A stretch of DNA of 64,000 bases from Escherichia coli (GTDB lineage: Bacteria; Pseudomonadota; Gammaproteobacteria; Enterobacterales; Enterobacteriaceae): the NCBI RefSeq assembly GCF_024223415.1, contig NZ_CP100500.1. The stretch is one strand, 5' to 3'. Shown here one piece after another: positions 47,420-59,775 of this stretch. Numbering within the stretch: position 1 is the stretch's first letter; each line of letters starts with the position of its first letter. A model generated the notes under the pieces. It saw only the letters and a program-made list of their open reading frames with translations, was not told the origin of the DNA and did not search any database. A program made the position numbers and the translations under genes.

Positions 47420-48274
47420 TTAGTTCTGCGGATTCAACGCGCTAAGGATAAAGTCCACCATCTGTTCGCGATAAACATCACCGTGACGATCGGAAAAAGC
47501 ATCAATGTGTTCGCCATCCGGGATTAGGATCAACCGTTTTGGCTCTTTTGCCAGGCTATACAACTTTTCGCTGTGCTGCCATGGGATAACGTGATCAGCT
47601 TTACCGTGAATGAGTAAAAGCGGGATCGGGCTGACGCTGGCGATGTAATTTTCGCCGCTGTAACTCTCATCAAGTAAGTAGCCACTGCCGGGGATCATCT
47701 GGTTGGCGATGGTTGCATAAGAGGCAAATGTGGAGTCGAGGATCACCGCACGTATGCCTTCACGATCACCCTGACCAATAACAGCAAGAATATTCGCCCC
47801 GCCAATACTCTGCCCGAACAGCACCAGCCGTTGTGGGTTTACATCACTGCGATGGCGCACCACATTGATGGCGCTTTGCGTATCGTCCAGCAATCCGGCC
47901 TGGGACGGCGTGCCTTTTGATTTACCAAACCCGCGATAATCAAACATAAAAACGTTGAAATTACGCTCGGGTAACCAACTGACCAGCGGCCAGTGGGCGG
48001 ACATATTTCCGGCATTGCCGTGAGCATGAATGATGGTTGCGATGGCGTTGTCAGCAGGGCCCGTCGAAGAAGGAATAAACCAGCCTTGCAGACGAGTACC
48101 GTCCTTAGCCGTAAATTCGACGGATTCCGCCGACCAGGGGTCGGGACCGTAAATTTTATCGTCAGGATAATAGAAGAAGTTGATGGCAACGCGCGGCACT
48201 AAATAAACGCAGAAGGCAACAACAAAGAGAATAAACAGAATTTTGAGAACGCGTTTGTTCACTGGCAGCGCCAT
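47420..48274 (-). CDS. yfhR: Alpha/beta-hydrolase (S9 peptidase-like) membrane protein
   Basis: About 284 aa; N-terminal TM segment; GxSxG motif (GQSIGG). Confidence 0.85.
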   Translation of the reverse strand: MALPVNKRVLKILFILFVVAFCVYLVPRVAINFFYYPDDKIYGPDPWSAESVEFTAKDGTRLQGWFIPSSTGPADNAIATIIHAHGNAGNMSAHWPLVSWLPERNFNVFMFDYRGFGKSKGTPSQAGLLDDTQSAINVVRHRSDVNPQRLVLFGQSIGGANILAVIGQGDREGIRAVILDSTFASYATIANQMIPGSGYLLDESYSGENYIASVSPIPLLLIHGKADHVIPWQHSEKLYSLAKEPKRLILIPDGEHIDAFSDRHGDVYREQMVDFILSALNPQN

Positions 48275-48418
48275 AACCTTTCCTTGCGACTTCTTTATCA
48301 TCCATTAATCGGGGAAAGATGGTGGGAGAGTGACGAAAGAAAGTAAAGCGGTGAGGAAGTATTTCGGAATAGCGCCTGAAAGGCGAGGGCGGGTGAGTGA
48401 TATCACCCGCCTGAGTCA

Positions 48419-49222
48419 TTAACGCTTCAGAGCGTCGCTTAACTCGTCACGCATGTTCGCCAGCATGGCTTTAACAACACGCGGGTTACCAGCAACGATG
48501 TTACCGGTCAGCATATAGTTATGACCACCGGTGAAGTCGCTGACGATGCCGCCCGCTTCACGAACCAGCAGCTCGCCTGCAGCGAAGTCCCACGGGCGCA
48601 GACCGATTTCAAAGAAACCGTCAACACGACCCGCAGCGACGTAAGCCAGATCCAGCGCCGCAGAACCGGTACGACGGAAGTCTGCACATTCGTTGAACAG
48701 TTTGCCGACGATGTTGATGTAGGTAGTGGCGTACTGTTTTGCTTTGAACGGGAAGCCGGTCGCCAGAATAGTACCGTCGAGATCGCGAGCGGTGCTGCCG
48801 CGCAGACGGTAGCCGTTCAGTTGTGCGCCCTGACCGCGAGTGGCGGTGAACAGTTCGTTACGCATAGGATCGTATACCACAGCAACTTCGGTGCGGCCTT
48901 TGATACGAACGGCGATAGATACCGCGAAGTGCGGCAGACGTTTGATAAAGTTGGTAGTGCCATCCAGTGGATCGATAACCCATTGAACATCCTGATCAGT
49001 ACCTTCAAGTTCACCGCTTTCTTCGGTGATGATGGTGTGCTGTGGGTAAGATTTACGAATCGTGTCGATAATCACCGCTTCGGCAGCTTTATCTACGTTG
49101 GTCACGAAATCGTTACTGCCTTTCTGGCTCGCTTCTACAGCGTCCGGGGTTTCATAGTTTTTGGCAATTAAATTACCCGCCTTGCGCGCTGCGCGCACGG
49201 CGATGTTCAGCATCGGATGCAT
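48419..49222 (-). CDS. suhB: Inositol monophosphatase
   Basis: 267 aa; IMPase motifs (WVIDPLDGT). Confidence 0.93.
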   Translation of the reverse strand: MHPMLNIAVRAARKAGNLIAKNYETPDAVEASQKGSNDFVTNVDKAAEAVIIDTIRKSYPQHTIITEESGELEGTDQDVQWVIDPLDGTTNFIKRLPHFAVSIAVRIKGRTEVAVVYDPMRNELFTATRGQGAQLNGYRLRGSTARDLDGTILATGFPFKAKQYATTYINIVGKLFNECADFRRTGSAALDLAYVAAGRVDGFFEIGLRPWDFAAGELLVREAGGIVSDFTGGHNYMLTGNIVAGNPRVVKAMLANMRDELSDALKR

Positions 49223-49340
49223 CGGTCTCTCTCACTGGATGTTAAAGAACGGGAAAACGGCGCAGAGTATAGCAGCGAGATCGGCATCTGTCTTCGTTTT
49301 ATGATAAGATGCGCGAATAATCTTTAGACGAAGAAAGACA

Positions 49341-50081
49341 ATGCTGCAAAATATTCGAATTGTGCTGGTGGAGACGTCACACACCGGCAATATGGGTTCT
49401 GTTGCCCGTGCCATGAAAACAATGGGATTAACCAATCTGTGGCTGGTTAATCCACTGGTGAAACCCGACTCCCAGGCGATTGCCCTGGCGGCGGGGGCCA
49501 GCGATGTGATTGGTAATGCTCACATCGTCGATACGCTCGACGAAGCGTTAGCCGGTTGTAGCCTGGTGGTGGGCACCAGCGCACGTTCCCGCACGCTGCC
49601 GTGGCCGATGCTCGACCCGCGCGAATGCGGTCTGAAAAGCGTCGCTGAAGCGGCAAATACCCCGGTGGCGCTGGTGTTTGGTCGCGAACGTGTCGGCCTG
49701 ACCAATGAAGAGTTGCAGAAGTGTCATTATCATGTCGCGATTGCGGCAAACCCGGAATACAGCTCGCTGAACCTGGCGATGGCGGTTCAGGTTATTGCCT
49801 ATGAAGTGCGTATGGCCTGGCTGGCAACTCAGGAAAATGGCGAGCAGGTCGAGCATGAAGAGACGCCGTATCCGCTGGTCGATGATCTGGAGCGTTTTTA
49901 TGGTCATCTGGAACAAACGCTGCTGGCAACCGGTTTTATCCGTGAAAACCATCCGGGGCAGGTGATGAATAAATTGCGCCGTCTGTTTACCCGTGCGCGC
50001 CCGGAAAGCCAGGAATTGAATATCCTGCGCGGGATTCTGGCTTCTATAGAGCAGCAGAATAAAGGTAATAAGGCCGAATAA
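49341..50081 (+). CDS. trmJ: tRNA (cytidine/uridine-2'-O)-methyltransferase
   Basis: 246 aa SpoU/TrmH-class methyltransferase. Confidence 0.92.
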
Positions 50082-50090
50082 CAGTGGTTG

Positions 50091-50175
50091 CCTGATGCGA
50101 CGCTTAACGCGTCTTATCAGGCCTACAATGTACAGAACCGTAGGTCGGATAAGGTGTTCACACCGCATCCGACAA
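50091..50175. repeat. BIME: two REP palindromes between trmJ and iscR
   Basis: gcctgatgcgacgcttaacgcgtcttatcaggcctac and gtaggtcggataaggtgttcacaccgcatccgaca. Confidence 0.8.
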
Positions 50176-50350
50176 CAGGTACAAACGCCACGATAAAAAA
50201 ATGGCACTGAAGGTTAAATACCCGACTAAATCAGTCAAGTAAATAGTTGACCAATTTACTCGGGAATGTCAGACTTGACCCTGCTATGCAATACCCCCAC
50301 TTTTACAATAAAAAACCCCGGGCAGGGGCGAGTTTGAGGTGAAGTAAGAC

Positions 50351-50839
50351 ATGAGACTGACATCTAAAGGGCGCTATGCCGTGACCGCAATGCTTGACGT
50401 TGCGCTCAACTCTGAAGCGGGCCCGGTACCGTTGGCTGATATTTCCGAACGTCAGGGAATTTCCCTTTCTTATCTGGAACAACTGTTTTCCCGTCTGCGT
50501 AAAAATGGTCTGGTTTCCAGCGTACGTGGACCAGGCGGTGGTTATCTGTTAGGCAAAGATGCCAGCAGCATCGCCGTTGGCGAAGTGATTAGCGCCGTTG
50601 ACGAATCTGTAGATGCTACCCGTTGTCAGGGTAAAGGCGGCTGCCAGGGCGGCGATAAATGCCTGACCCACGCGCTGTGGCGTGATTTGAGCGACCGTCT
50701 TACCGGTTTTCTCAATAACATTACTTTAGGCGAACTGGTTAACAACCAGGAAGTGCTGGATGTGTCTGGTCGTCAGCATACTCACGACGCGCCACGCACC
50801 CGCACACAAGACGCGATCGACGTTAAGTTACGCGCTTAA
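50351..50839 (+). CDS. iscR: Fe-S cluster assembly transcriptional regulator IscR
   Basis: 162 aa Rrf2-family with the three-Cys cluster ligand region. Confidence 0.95.
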
Positions 50840-50950
50840 TAAAAAGAATTCAGAATCAGGCCGGAGTGCTAAATACTCCGTAAACACGGTCGTACATCCA
50901 GCCGGTAGCCTGATTCCTTGCATTGAGTGATGTACGGAGTTTATAGAGCA

Positions 50951-52165
50951 ATGAAATTACCGATTTATCTCGACTACTCCGCAACCACGCCGGTGGACCC
51001 GCGTGTTGCCGAGAAAATGATGCAGTTTATGACGATGGACGGAACCTTTGGTAACCCGGCCTCCCGTTCTCACCGTTTCGGCTGGCAGGCTGAAGAAGCG
51101 GTAGATATCGCCCGTAATCAGATTGCCGATCTGGTCGGCGCTGATCCGCGTGAAATCGTCTTTACCTCTGGTGCAACCGAATCTGACAACCTGGCGATCA
51201 AAGGTGCAGCCAACTTTTATCAGAAAAAAGGCAAGCACATCATCACCAGCAAAACCGAACACAAAGCGGTACTGGATACCTGCCGTCAGCTGGAGCGCGA
51301 AGGTTTCGAAGTCACCTACCTGGCACCGCAGCGTAACGGTATTATCGACCTGAAAGAACTCGAAGCGGCGATGCGTGACGACACCATCCTTGTTTCCATC
51401 ATGCACGTAAATAACGAAATCGGCGTGGTGCAGGATATCGCGGCTATCGGCGAAATGTGCCGTGCTCGTGGCATTATCTATCACGTTGATGCAACCCAGA
51501 GCGTGGGCAAACTGCCTATCGACCTGAGCCAGTTGAAAGTTGACCTGATGTCTTTCTCCGGTCACAAAATCTATGGCCCGAAAGGTATCGGTGCGCTGTA
51601 TGTGCGTCGTAAACCGCGCGTACGCATCGAAGCGCAAATGCACGGCGGCGGTCACGAACGCGGTATGCGTTCCGGCACTCTGCCTGTTCACCAGATCGTC
51701 GGAATGGGCGAAGCCTATCGCATCGCAAAAGAAGAGATGGCGACCGAGATGGAACGTCTGCGCGGACTGCGTAACCGTCTGTGGAACGGCATCAAAGATA
51801 TCGAAGAAGTTTACCTGAACGGTGACCTGGAACACGGTGCGCCGAACATTCTCAACGTCAGCTTCAACTACGTTGAAGGTGAGTCGCTGATTATGGCGCT
51901 GAAAGACCTCGCGGTTTCTTCCGGCTCCGCCTGTACGTCGGCAAGCCTCGAACCGTCCTACGTGCTGCGCGCGCTGGGGCTGAACGACGAGCTGGCACAT
52001 AGCTCTATCCGTTTCTCTTTAGGTCGTTTTACTACTGAAGAAGAGATCGACTACACCATCGAGTTAGTTCGTAAATCCATCGGTCGTCTGCGTGACCTTT
52101 CTCCGCTGTGGGAAATGTACAAGCAGGGCGTGGATCTGAACAGCATCGAATGGGCTCATCATTAA
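50951..52165 (+). CDS. iscS: Cysteine desulfurase IscS
   Basis: 404 aa from [19 protein letters not shown] lysine ([12 protein letters not shown]) and active-site Cys (SSGSACTS). Confidence 0.96.
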
Positions 52166-52192
52166 TCGGTATCGGAATCAGGAGAATTTATA

Positions 52193-52579
52193 ATGGCTTA
52201 CAGCGAAAAAGTTATCGACCATTACGAGAATCCGCGTAACGTGGGTTCCTTTGACAACAACGACGAGAACGTCGGCAGCGGCATGGTGGGTGCACCGGCC
52301 TGTGGCGACGTGATGAAGTTGCAGATTAAAGTCAACGATGAAGGTATCATTGAAGACGCGCGTTTTAAAACTTACGGCTGCGGTTCCGCTATCGCTTCCA
52401 GCTCCCTGGTCACCGAATGGGTGAAAGGGAAGTCTCTCGACGAAGCGCAGGCGATCAAAAACACCGATATTGCTGAAGAACTTGAACTGCCGCCGGTGAA
52501 AATTCACTGTTCTATTCTGGCAGAAGACGCGATCAAAGCCGCCATTGCGGACTATAAAAGCAAACGTGAAGCAAAATAA
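52193..52579 (+). CDS. iscU: Fe-S cluster scaffold protein IscU
   Basis: 128 aa with conserved cluster-ligand Cys residues and LPPVK motif. Confidence 0.96.
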   Translation: MAYSEKVIDHYENPRNVGSFDNNDENVGSGMVGAPACGDVMKLQIKVNDEGIIEDARFKTYGCGSAIASSSLVTEWVKGKSLDEAQAIKNTDIAEELELPPVKIHCSILAEDAIKAAIADYKSKREAK

Positions 52580-52595
52580 GAGTTGAGGTTTGGTT

Positions 52596-52919
52596 ATGTC
52601 GATTACACTGAGCGACAGTGCAGCAGCGCGAGTAAATACCTTTCTGGCTAACCGCGGTAAAGGGTTTGGCCTGCGTCTGGGCGTGAGAACCTCCGGGTGT
52701 TCAGGTATGGCTTATGTACTGGAATTTGTTGACGAACCGACGCCGGAAGACATCGTGTTTGAAGACAAAGGAGTGAAAGTCGTGGTCGATGGCAAAAGCC
52801 TGCAATTTCTGGACGGTACGCAGCTGGACTTCGTAAAAGAAGGCCTGAACGAAGGGTTTAAATTCACCAACCCGAACGTCAAAGATGAGTGTGGTTGCGG
52901 CGAAAGCTTCCACGTTTGA
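52596..52919 (+). CDS. iscA: Fe-S cluster A-type carrier IscA
   Basis: 107 aa; C-terminal CGCGESF. Confidence 0.95.
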   Translation: MSITLSDSAAARVNTFLANRGKGFGLRLGVRTSGCSGMAYVLEFVDEPTPEDIVFEDKGVKVVVDGKSLQFLDGTQLDFVKEGLNEGFKFTNPNVKDECGCGESFHV

Positions 52920-53014
52920 TGCGCATACCGATAACCCCACCGTGGTCGCCTGCGCGTGGGGTTTGTTTTACCTGATTCGCCGTTATCGCGGCGGATCGCA
53001 GCCCTGAGAATGTT

Positions 53015-53530
53015 ATGGATTACTTCACCCTCTTTGGCTTGCCTGCCCGTTATCAACTCGATACCCAGGCGCTGAGCCTGCGTTTTCAGGATCTACAACG
53101 TCAGTATCATCCTGATAAATTCGCCAGCGGAAGCCAGGCGGAACAACTCGCCGCCGTACAGCAATCTGCAACCATTAACCAGGCCTGGCAAACGCTGCGT
53201 CATCCGTTAATGCGCGCGGAATATTTGCTTTCTTTGCACGGCTTTGATCTCGCCAGCGAGCAGCATACTGTGCGCGACACCGTGTTCCTGATGGAACAGT
53301 TGGAGCTGCGCGAAGAGCTGGACGAGATCGATCAGGCGAAAGATGAAGCGCGGCTGGAAAGCTTTATCAAACGTGTGAAAAAGATGTTTGATACCCGCCA
53401 TCAGTTGATGGTTGAACAGTTAGACAACGAGACCTGGGACGCGGCGGCGGATACCGTGCGTAAGCTGCGTTTTCTCGATAAACTGCGAAGCAGTGCCGAA
53501 CAACTCGAAGAAAAACTGCTCGATTTTTAA
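53015..53530 (+). CDS. hscB: Co-chaperone HscB (J-domain)
   Basis: 171 aa; J-domain with HPD motif. Confidence 0.95.
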
Positions 53531-53546
53531 TTTCTGGAAGCTAAAC

Positions 53547-55397
53547 ATGGCCTTATTACAAATTAGTGAACCTGGTTTGAGTGCTGCGCCGCATCAGCGT
53601 CGTCTGGCGGCCGGTATTGACCTGGGCACAACCAACTCGCTGGTGGCGACAGTGCGCAGCGGTCAGGCCGAAACGTTAGCCGACCATGAAGGCCGTCACC
53701 TGCTGCCATCTGTTGTTCACTATCAACAGCAAGGGCATTCGGTGGGTTATGACGCGCGTACTAATGCAGCGCTCGATACCGCCAACACAATTAGTTCTGT
53801 TAAACGCCTGATGGGACGCTCGCTGGCTGATATCCAGCAACGCTATCCGCATCTGCCTTATCAATTCCAGGCCAGCGAAAACGGCCTGCCGATGATTGAA
53901 ACGGCGGCGGGGCTGCTGAACCCGGTGCGCGTTTCTGCGGACATCCTCAAAGCACTGGCGGCGCGGGCAACTGAAGCCCTGGCAGGCGAGCTGGATGGTG
54001 TAGTTATCACCGTTCCGGCGTACTTTGACGATGCCCAGCGTCAGGGCACCAAAGACGCGGCGCGTCTGGCGGGCCTTCACGTCCTGCGCTTACTTAACGA
54101 ACCGACCGCTGCGGCTATCGCCTACGGGCTGGATTCCGGTCAGGAAGGCGTGATCGCCGTTTATGACCTCGGTGGCGGGACGTTTGATATTTCCATTCTG
54201 CGCTTAAGTCGCGGCGTGTTTGAAGTGCTGGCAACCGGCGGTGATTCCGCGCTCGGCGGCGATGATTTCGACCATCTGCTGGCGGATTACATTCGCGAGC
54301 AGGCGGGCATTCCTGATCGTAGCGATAACCGCGTTCAGCGTGAACTGCTGGATGCCGCCATTGCAGCCAAAATCGCGCTGAGCGATGCGGACTCCGTGAC
54401 CGTTAACGTTGCGGGCTGGCAGGGCGAAATCAGCCGTGAACAATTCAATGAACTGATCGCGCCACTGGTAAAACGAACCTTATTGGCTTGTCGTCGCGCG
54501 CTGAAAGACGCGGGTGTAGAAGCTGATGAAGTGCTGGAAGTGGTGATGGTGGGCGGTTCTACTCGCGTGCCGCTGGTGCGTGAACGGGTAGGCGAATTTT
54601 TCGGTCGTCCACCGCTGACTTCCATCGACCCGGATAAAGTCGTCGCTATTGGCGCGGCGATTCAGGCGGATATTCTGGTGGGTAACAAGCCAGACAGCGA
54701 AATGCTGTTGCTTGATGTGATCCCACTGTCGCTGGGCCTCGAAACGATGGGCGGCCTGGTGGAGAAAGTGATTCCGCGTAATACCACTATTCCAGTGGCT
54801 CGCGCTCAGGATTTCACCACCTTTAAAGATGGTCAGACGGCGATGTCTATCCATGTAATGCAGGGTGAGCGCGAACTGGTGCAGGACTGCCGCTCACTGG
54901 CGCGTTTTGCGCTGCGTGGTATTCCGGCGCTACCGGCTGGCGGTGCGCATATTCGCGTGACGTTCCAGGTCGATGCCGACGGTCTTTTGAGCGTGACGGC
55001 GATGGAGAAATCCACCGGCGTTGAGGCGTCTATTCAGGTCAAACCGTCTTACGGTCTGACCGATAGCGAAATCGCTTCGATGATCAAAGACTCAATGAGC
55101 TATGCCGAGCAGGACGTAAAAGCCCGAATGCTGGCAGAACAAAAAGTAGAAGCGGCGCGTGTGCTGGAAAGTCTGCACGGCGCGCTGGCTGCTGATGCCG
55201 CGCTGTTAAGCGCCGCAGAACGTCAGGTCATTGACGATGCTGCCGCTCACCTGAGTGAAGTGGCGCAGGGCGATGACGTTGACGCCATCGAACAAGCGAT
55301 TAAAAACGTAGACAAACAAACCCAGGATTTCGCCGCTCGCCGCATGGACCAGTCGGTTCGTCGTGCGCTGAAAGGCCATTCCGTGGACGAGGTTTAA
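53547..55397 (+). CDS. hscA: Hsp70-class chaperone HscA
   Basis: 616 aa from [10 protein letters not shown]; Hsp70 ATPase motifs ([16 protein letters not shown]). Confidence 0.96.
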
Positions 55398-55398
55398 T

Positions 55399-55734
55399 AT
55401 GCCAAAGATTGTTATTTTGCCTCATCAGGAGCTCTGCCCTGATGGCGCTGTTCTGGAAGCTAATAGCGGTGAAACCATTCTCGACGCAGCTCTGCGTAAC
55501 GGTATCGAGATTGAACACGCCTGTGAAAAATCCTGTGCTTGCACCACCTGCCACTGCATCGTTCGTGAAGGTTTTGACTCACTGCCGGAAAGCTCAGAGC
55601 AGGAAGACGACATGCTGGACAAAGCCTGGGGACTGGAGCCGGAAAGCCGTTTAAGCTGCCAGGCGCGCGTCACCGACGAAGATTTAGTGGTCGAAATCCC
55701 GCGTTACACTATCAACCATGCGCGTGAGCATTAA
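55399..55734 (+). CDS. fdx: [2Fe-2S] ferredoxin
   Basis: 111 aa; adrenodoxin-type Cys motif CxxxxxCxxC...C. Confidence 0.95.
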
Positions 55735-55745
55735 CAGAGGTTAGT

Positions 55746-55946
55746 ATGGGACTTAAGTGGACCGATAGCCGCGAAATTGGCGAAGCACTGTACGATGCGT
55801 ATCCCGATCTTGATCCGAAAACGGTTCGATTCACCGATATGCATCAGTGGATTTGCGATCTGGAAGATTTCGACGACGACCCGCAGGCATCCAACGAGAA
55901 AATCCTCGAAGCGATTTTGTTAGTCTGGCTGGACGAAGCCGAGTGA
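55746..55946 (+). CDS. iscX: Fe-S assembly protein IscX
   Basis: 66 aa acidic protein immediately after fdx. Confidence 0.9.
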
Positions 55947-56004
55947 ATGAACGGGCTGCCTGGGGGTAGCCCGTTTTGCTGTTAAACGAATAAGGATAAC
56001 TAAA

Positions 56005-57288
56005 ATGACAGAAGCGATGAAAATTACCCTCTCTACCCAACCTGCCGACGCGCGCTGGGGAGAAAAAGCAACTTACAGCATTAATAATGATGGCATTACC
56101 CTGCATTTGAACGGGGCAGACGATCTGGGGCTGATCCAGCGTGCGGCCCGCAAGATTGACGGTCTGGGCATCAAGCATGTTCAGTTAAGCGGTGAAGGCT
56201 GGGATGCGGATCGCTGCTGGGCATTCTGGCAAGGTTACAAAGCCCCGAAAGGCACGCGTAAAGTGGAGTGGCCGGATCTGGACGATGCCCAGCGCCAGGA
56301 ACTGGATAACCGCCTGATGATCATCGACTGGGTGCGTGACACCATCAACGCACCGGCAGAAGAATTGGGACCATCGCAACTGGCACAGCGTGCTGTTGAT
56401 CTGATCAGCAACGTCGCGGGCGATCGTGTGACTTATCGGATCACCAAAGGCGAAGATCTGCGTGAGCAAGGTTATATGGGGCTGCACACCGTCGGACGCG
56501 GTTCAGAACGTTCTCCGGTATTGCTGGCGCTGGATTACAACCCAACTGGCGATAAAGAAGCACCGGTGTATGCGTGCCTGGTTGGTAAAGGCATCACCTT
56601 TGATTCTGGCGGCTACAGCATCAAACAGACCGCGTTTATGGACTCGATGAAGTCGGACATGGGTGGTGCGGCAACGGTTACCGGGGCGCTGGCATTTGCC
56701 ATTACGCGCGGACTGAACAAGCGCGTGAAGCTGTTCCTCTGCTGTGCGGATAACCTGATTAGCGGCAATGCGTTCAAGCTGGGCGATATCATCACCTATC
56801 GCAACGGTAAAAAAGTTGAAGTGATGAACACTGATGCCGAAGGGCGTCTGGTGCTGGCCGATGGTCTGATTGATGCCAGTGCGCAGAAACCGGAACTGAT
56901 CATTGATGCGGCGACCCTCACCGGGGCGGCGAAAACTGCGCTGGGTAATGATTATCACGCGTTGTTCAGTTTTGACGATGCGCTTGCCGGTCGTTTGCTG
57001 GCGAGTGCCTCACAAGAGAACGAACCATTCTGGCGTCTGCCGCTGGCGGAGTTTCACCGCAGCCAGCTGCCGTCTAACTTTGCCGAACTGAACAATACCG
57101 GAAGCGCGGCGTATCCGGCAGGCGCGAGCACGGCGGCGGGCTTCCTGTCGCACTTTGTTGAGAACTATCAGCAAGGCTGGCTGCATATCGACTGCTCGGC
57201 GACTTACCGTAAAGCGCCGGTTGAACAGTGGTCTGCGGGTGCTACGGGACTTGGTGTGCGCACGATTGCTAATCTGTTAACGGCGTAA
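56005..57288 (+). CDS. pepB: Peptidase B (M17 leucyl aminopeptidase family)
   Basis: 427 aa; M17 signature NTDAEGRL. Confidence 0.95.
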   Translation: MTEAMKITLSTQPADARWGEKATYSINNDGITLHLNGADDLGLIQRAARKIDGLGIKHVQLSGEGWDADRCWAFWQGYKAPKGTRKVEWPDLDDAQRQELDNRLMIIDWVRDTINAPAEELGPSQLAQRAVDLISNVAGDRVTYRITKGEDLREQGYMGLHTVGRGSERSPVLLALDYNPTGDKEAPVYACLVGKGITFDSGGYSIKQTAFMDSMKSDMGGAATVTGALAFAITRGLNKRVKLFLCCADNLISGNAFKLGDIITYRNGKKVEVMNTDAEGRLVLADGLIDASAQKPELIIDAATLTGAAKTALGNDYHALFSFDDALAGRLLASASQENEPFWRLPLAEFHRSQLPSNFAELNNTGSAAYPAGASTAAGFLSHFVENYQQGWLHIDCSATYRKAPVEQWSAGATGLGVRTIANLLTA

Positions 57289-57296
57289 ACTAATAT

Positions 57297-57395
<99 letters not shown>

Positions 57396-57430
57396 CTTGT
57401 GCCCCGAACGTTGAATGAATTGTGGTTCTT

Positions 57431-58207
57431 ATGTCCGAAACAAAAAATGAACTTGAAGACCTGCTGGAAAAAGCAGCAACCGAACCGGCGCACCGCCCGG
57501 CCTTTTTCCGTACTCTACTGGAATCCACCGTCTGGGTGCCTGGTACGGCGGCGCAGGGCGAGGCTGTGGTTGAAGATAGCGCGCTTGATTTACAGCACTG
57601 GGAAAAAGAAGACGGCACCAGCGTCATTCCTTTTTTTACCTCGTTAGAAGCACTTCAACAGGCGGTTGAAGACGAACAGGCATTTGTCGTAATGCCCGTT
57701 CGCACATTGTTTGAGATGACCCTTGGCGAAACGCTCTTCCTTAATGCCAAACTGCCAACCGGTAAAGAATTTATGCCGCGTGAAATCAGTTTGTTGATTG
57801 GTGAAGAAGGGAATCCGCTGAGTAGCCAGGAAGTACTGGAAGGCGGTGAATCGCTGATATTATCGGAAGTCGCAGAGCCGCCAGCACAAATGATTGATTC
57901 ACTCACCACCTTATTTAAAACTATTAAGCCGGTGAAGCGTGCTTTTATATGTTCAATTAAAGAGAACGAAGAGGCACAGCCTAATTTACTTATTGGCATT
58001 GAAGCCGATGGTGATATCGAAGAAATTATTCAGGCGGCGGGAAGTGTAGCAACCGATACATTACCTGGCGATGAACCAATCGATATTTGCCAGGTGAAAA
58101 AAGGGGAAAAAGGAATTAGCCATTTTATTACCGAACATATTGCGCCATTCTATGAACGTCGTTGGGGTGGTTTTTTGCGTAACTTTAAACAGAACCGGAT
58201 AATCTAA
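57431..58207 (+). CDS. sseB: SseB (enhances serine sensitivity)
   Basis: 258 aa from MSETKNELEDLLEKAATEP; synteny. Confidence 0.85.
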   Translation: MSETKNELEDLLEKAATEPAHRPAFFRTLLESTVWVPGTAAQGEAVVEDSALDLQHWEKEDGTSVIPFFTSLEALQQAVEDEQAFVVMPVRTLFEMTLGETLFLNAKLPTGKEFMPREISLLIGEEGNPLSSQEVLEGGESLILSEVAEPPAQMIDSLTTLFKTIKPVKRAFICSIKENEEAQPNLLIGIEADGDIEEIIQAAGSVATDTLPGDEPIDICQVKKGEKGISHFITEHIAPFYERRWGGFLRNFKQNRII

Positions 58208-58419
58208 AATATGCCGCCCCAAAGGGCGGCATTCGGGCTTACCTGCTGCTCTGAAGGTTGTTGACCACCAGTAAATTGTTGCCGGAGAGACTCCGGTTAT
58301 TATTTACCTCGGTTAACAGCGCACCAGAAACAATAAGTACGATACAAAAGCACCGTATCTTCATTGTGCGGTCCATGCGAAGACCGCATCACGACAGCAC
58401 CACTGGCGATATTGCCGCG

Positions 58420-58700
58420 ATAGCAAGCACTGTGGGGTGCCTGCATTTACGGTCATGGAACATCCTTTCCTAAAGCCAGCGCCCGTTTGCGAGACGGCGA
58501 AAAGGGCCGTCAGGAATAATACTCTCATGTTTGAATAATTACTCTGTTTATTATCTTGACATAGTCAGGCATAAAAGAGAGTATTTCAACACTGTGGGGT
58601 GCCTGCGTTGCTCCGGCAACACAAGTCAACCTGCTGGAAAGGCCGCGAACCAGACCAGCAATAAAAAACCGCCAAATTCGGCGGTTTTTTATTTTCGGCG
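58420..58700 (+). ncRNA. ryfA: Putative small RNA locus in the sseB-sseA intergenic region (RyfA-like); boundaries and strand uncertain
   Basis: About 500-nt gap with strong terminator and internal direct repeat of cactgtggggtgcctgc (58431 and 58595); I recall RyfA mapping between sseA and sseB in K-12. Confidence 0.3.
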
Positions 58701-58708
58701 GTTTTTTA
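58663..58708. terminator. Bidirectional rho-independent terminator (sseA on minus strand, intergenic transcript on plus)
   Basis: aaaaaaccgccaaattcggcggtttttt with a second cggcggtttttt copy. Confidence 0.75.
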
Positions 58709-58723
58709 TTGCCTGTAAAAAGC

Positions 58724-59569
58724 TTATTTCAATGGCTCAACCGGTAAATCTGCCCGCGCGCCCCATTCACTCCATGCGCCGTCGTACAGTTTCACGTTTG
58801 GCACATCCAGCGTCGCGAGTGCCAACAAAACCACGGCTGCTGTTACACCAGAGCCGCAGCTGACGATAATTGGTTTGTCATAGCTGACGCCGCGACCAAA
58901 AAATATCGCATCCAGTTCATCGGTCGTTTTTAGTTCGCCTTCGCGCACCAGTTCCGTCCACGGAACGTTCAATGCACCGGGAATATGTCCGCGACGTAAA
59001 CCTGGGCGAGGTTCATCAACTTCTGCGTTAAAACGTGCAGCCGGGCGGGCATCAATAATTTGCGCCGTATTTTCATGGCTTGCCAATAACACATCGGTTA
59101 CTTTCACCACTGCTTCAGGATTAAACGCGGCGTTAAACTCTCCTTCCGGCAGCTCTACTGCACCTTCTTCTAACAACAGATCATCGCGCTGCCAGCCTGC
59201 AAGTCCACCCCCCAGAATCGACACTTTCTCTACACCAAAGGTGCGCAGCATCCACCATGCTCGTGGGGCTGAGAAAAGATTACCTTCGTCATAGACAATC
59301 AGGTGCTTATCCTGGTTAACGCCTAATTCACGCATCGCCACGGCGAACGTTTCCGGGCGCGGCAGCATGTGCGGAAGCGGGGAAGTGTGATCAGAAAGCG
59401 CTTCGATATCAAAAAACACTGCGCCGGGAATATGTCCATTCAGATACTCCTGAGCAACGTTACGATCTTCCTGTCCAGGCGACGCCATGCGGGCATCGAT
59501 AATCTGAATTTCCGGGTCATCAATATGTTCGGCGAGCCAGTCGGCTCCTACAAACCATGTCGTGGACAT
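58724..59569 (-). CDS. sseA: 3-mercaptopyruvate sulfurtransferase (tandem rhodanese domains)
   Basis: 281 aa from MSTTWFVGADWL; active-site CGSGVTA. Confidence 0.93.
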   Translation of the reverse strand: MSTTWFVGADWLAEHIDDPEIQIIDARMASPGQEDRNVAQEYLNGHIPGAVFFDIEALSDHTSPLPHMLPRPETFAVAMRELGVNQDKHLIVYDEGNLFSAPRAWWMLRTFGVEKVSILGGGLAGWQRDDLLLEEGAVELPEGEFNAAFNPEAVVKVTDVLLASHENTAQIIDARPAARFNAEVDEPRPGLRRGHIPGALNVPWTELVREGELKTTDELDAIFFGRGVSYDKPIIVSCGSGVTAAVVLLALATLDVPNVKLYDGAWSEWGARADLPVEPLK

Positions 59570-59775
59570 AGGCATCTCCATTTTTGCCGGGGTTAGGCTA
59601 AATTGTCGGATGTTTAGTGAAAAGCGACAAGCAAAAGAGGCTGATTTGGCTGTCTGAGCCACAATTCTCACTAAAATTCGGATTGTATGGGCGTGATACT
59701 GAATTACATAACGTAAATTCTCACGCATAATAATTATTCGACGTTGCTAACGGGCCATTGTGGCAGGGATGAAAA

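Noticed and set aside
50957-52000. 347-aa minus-strand ORF
   Set aside because: Antisense to iscS.
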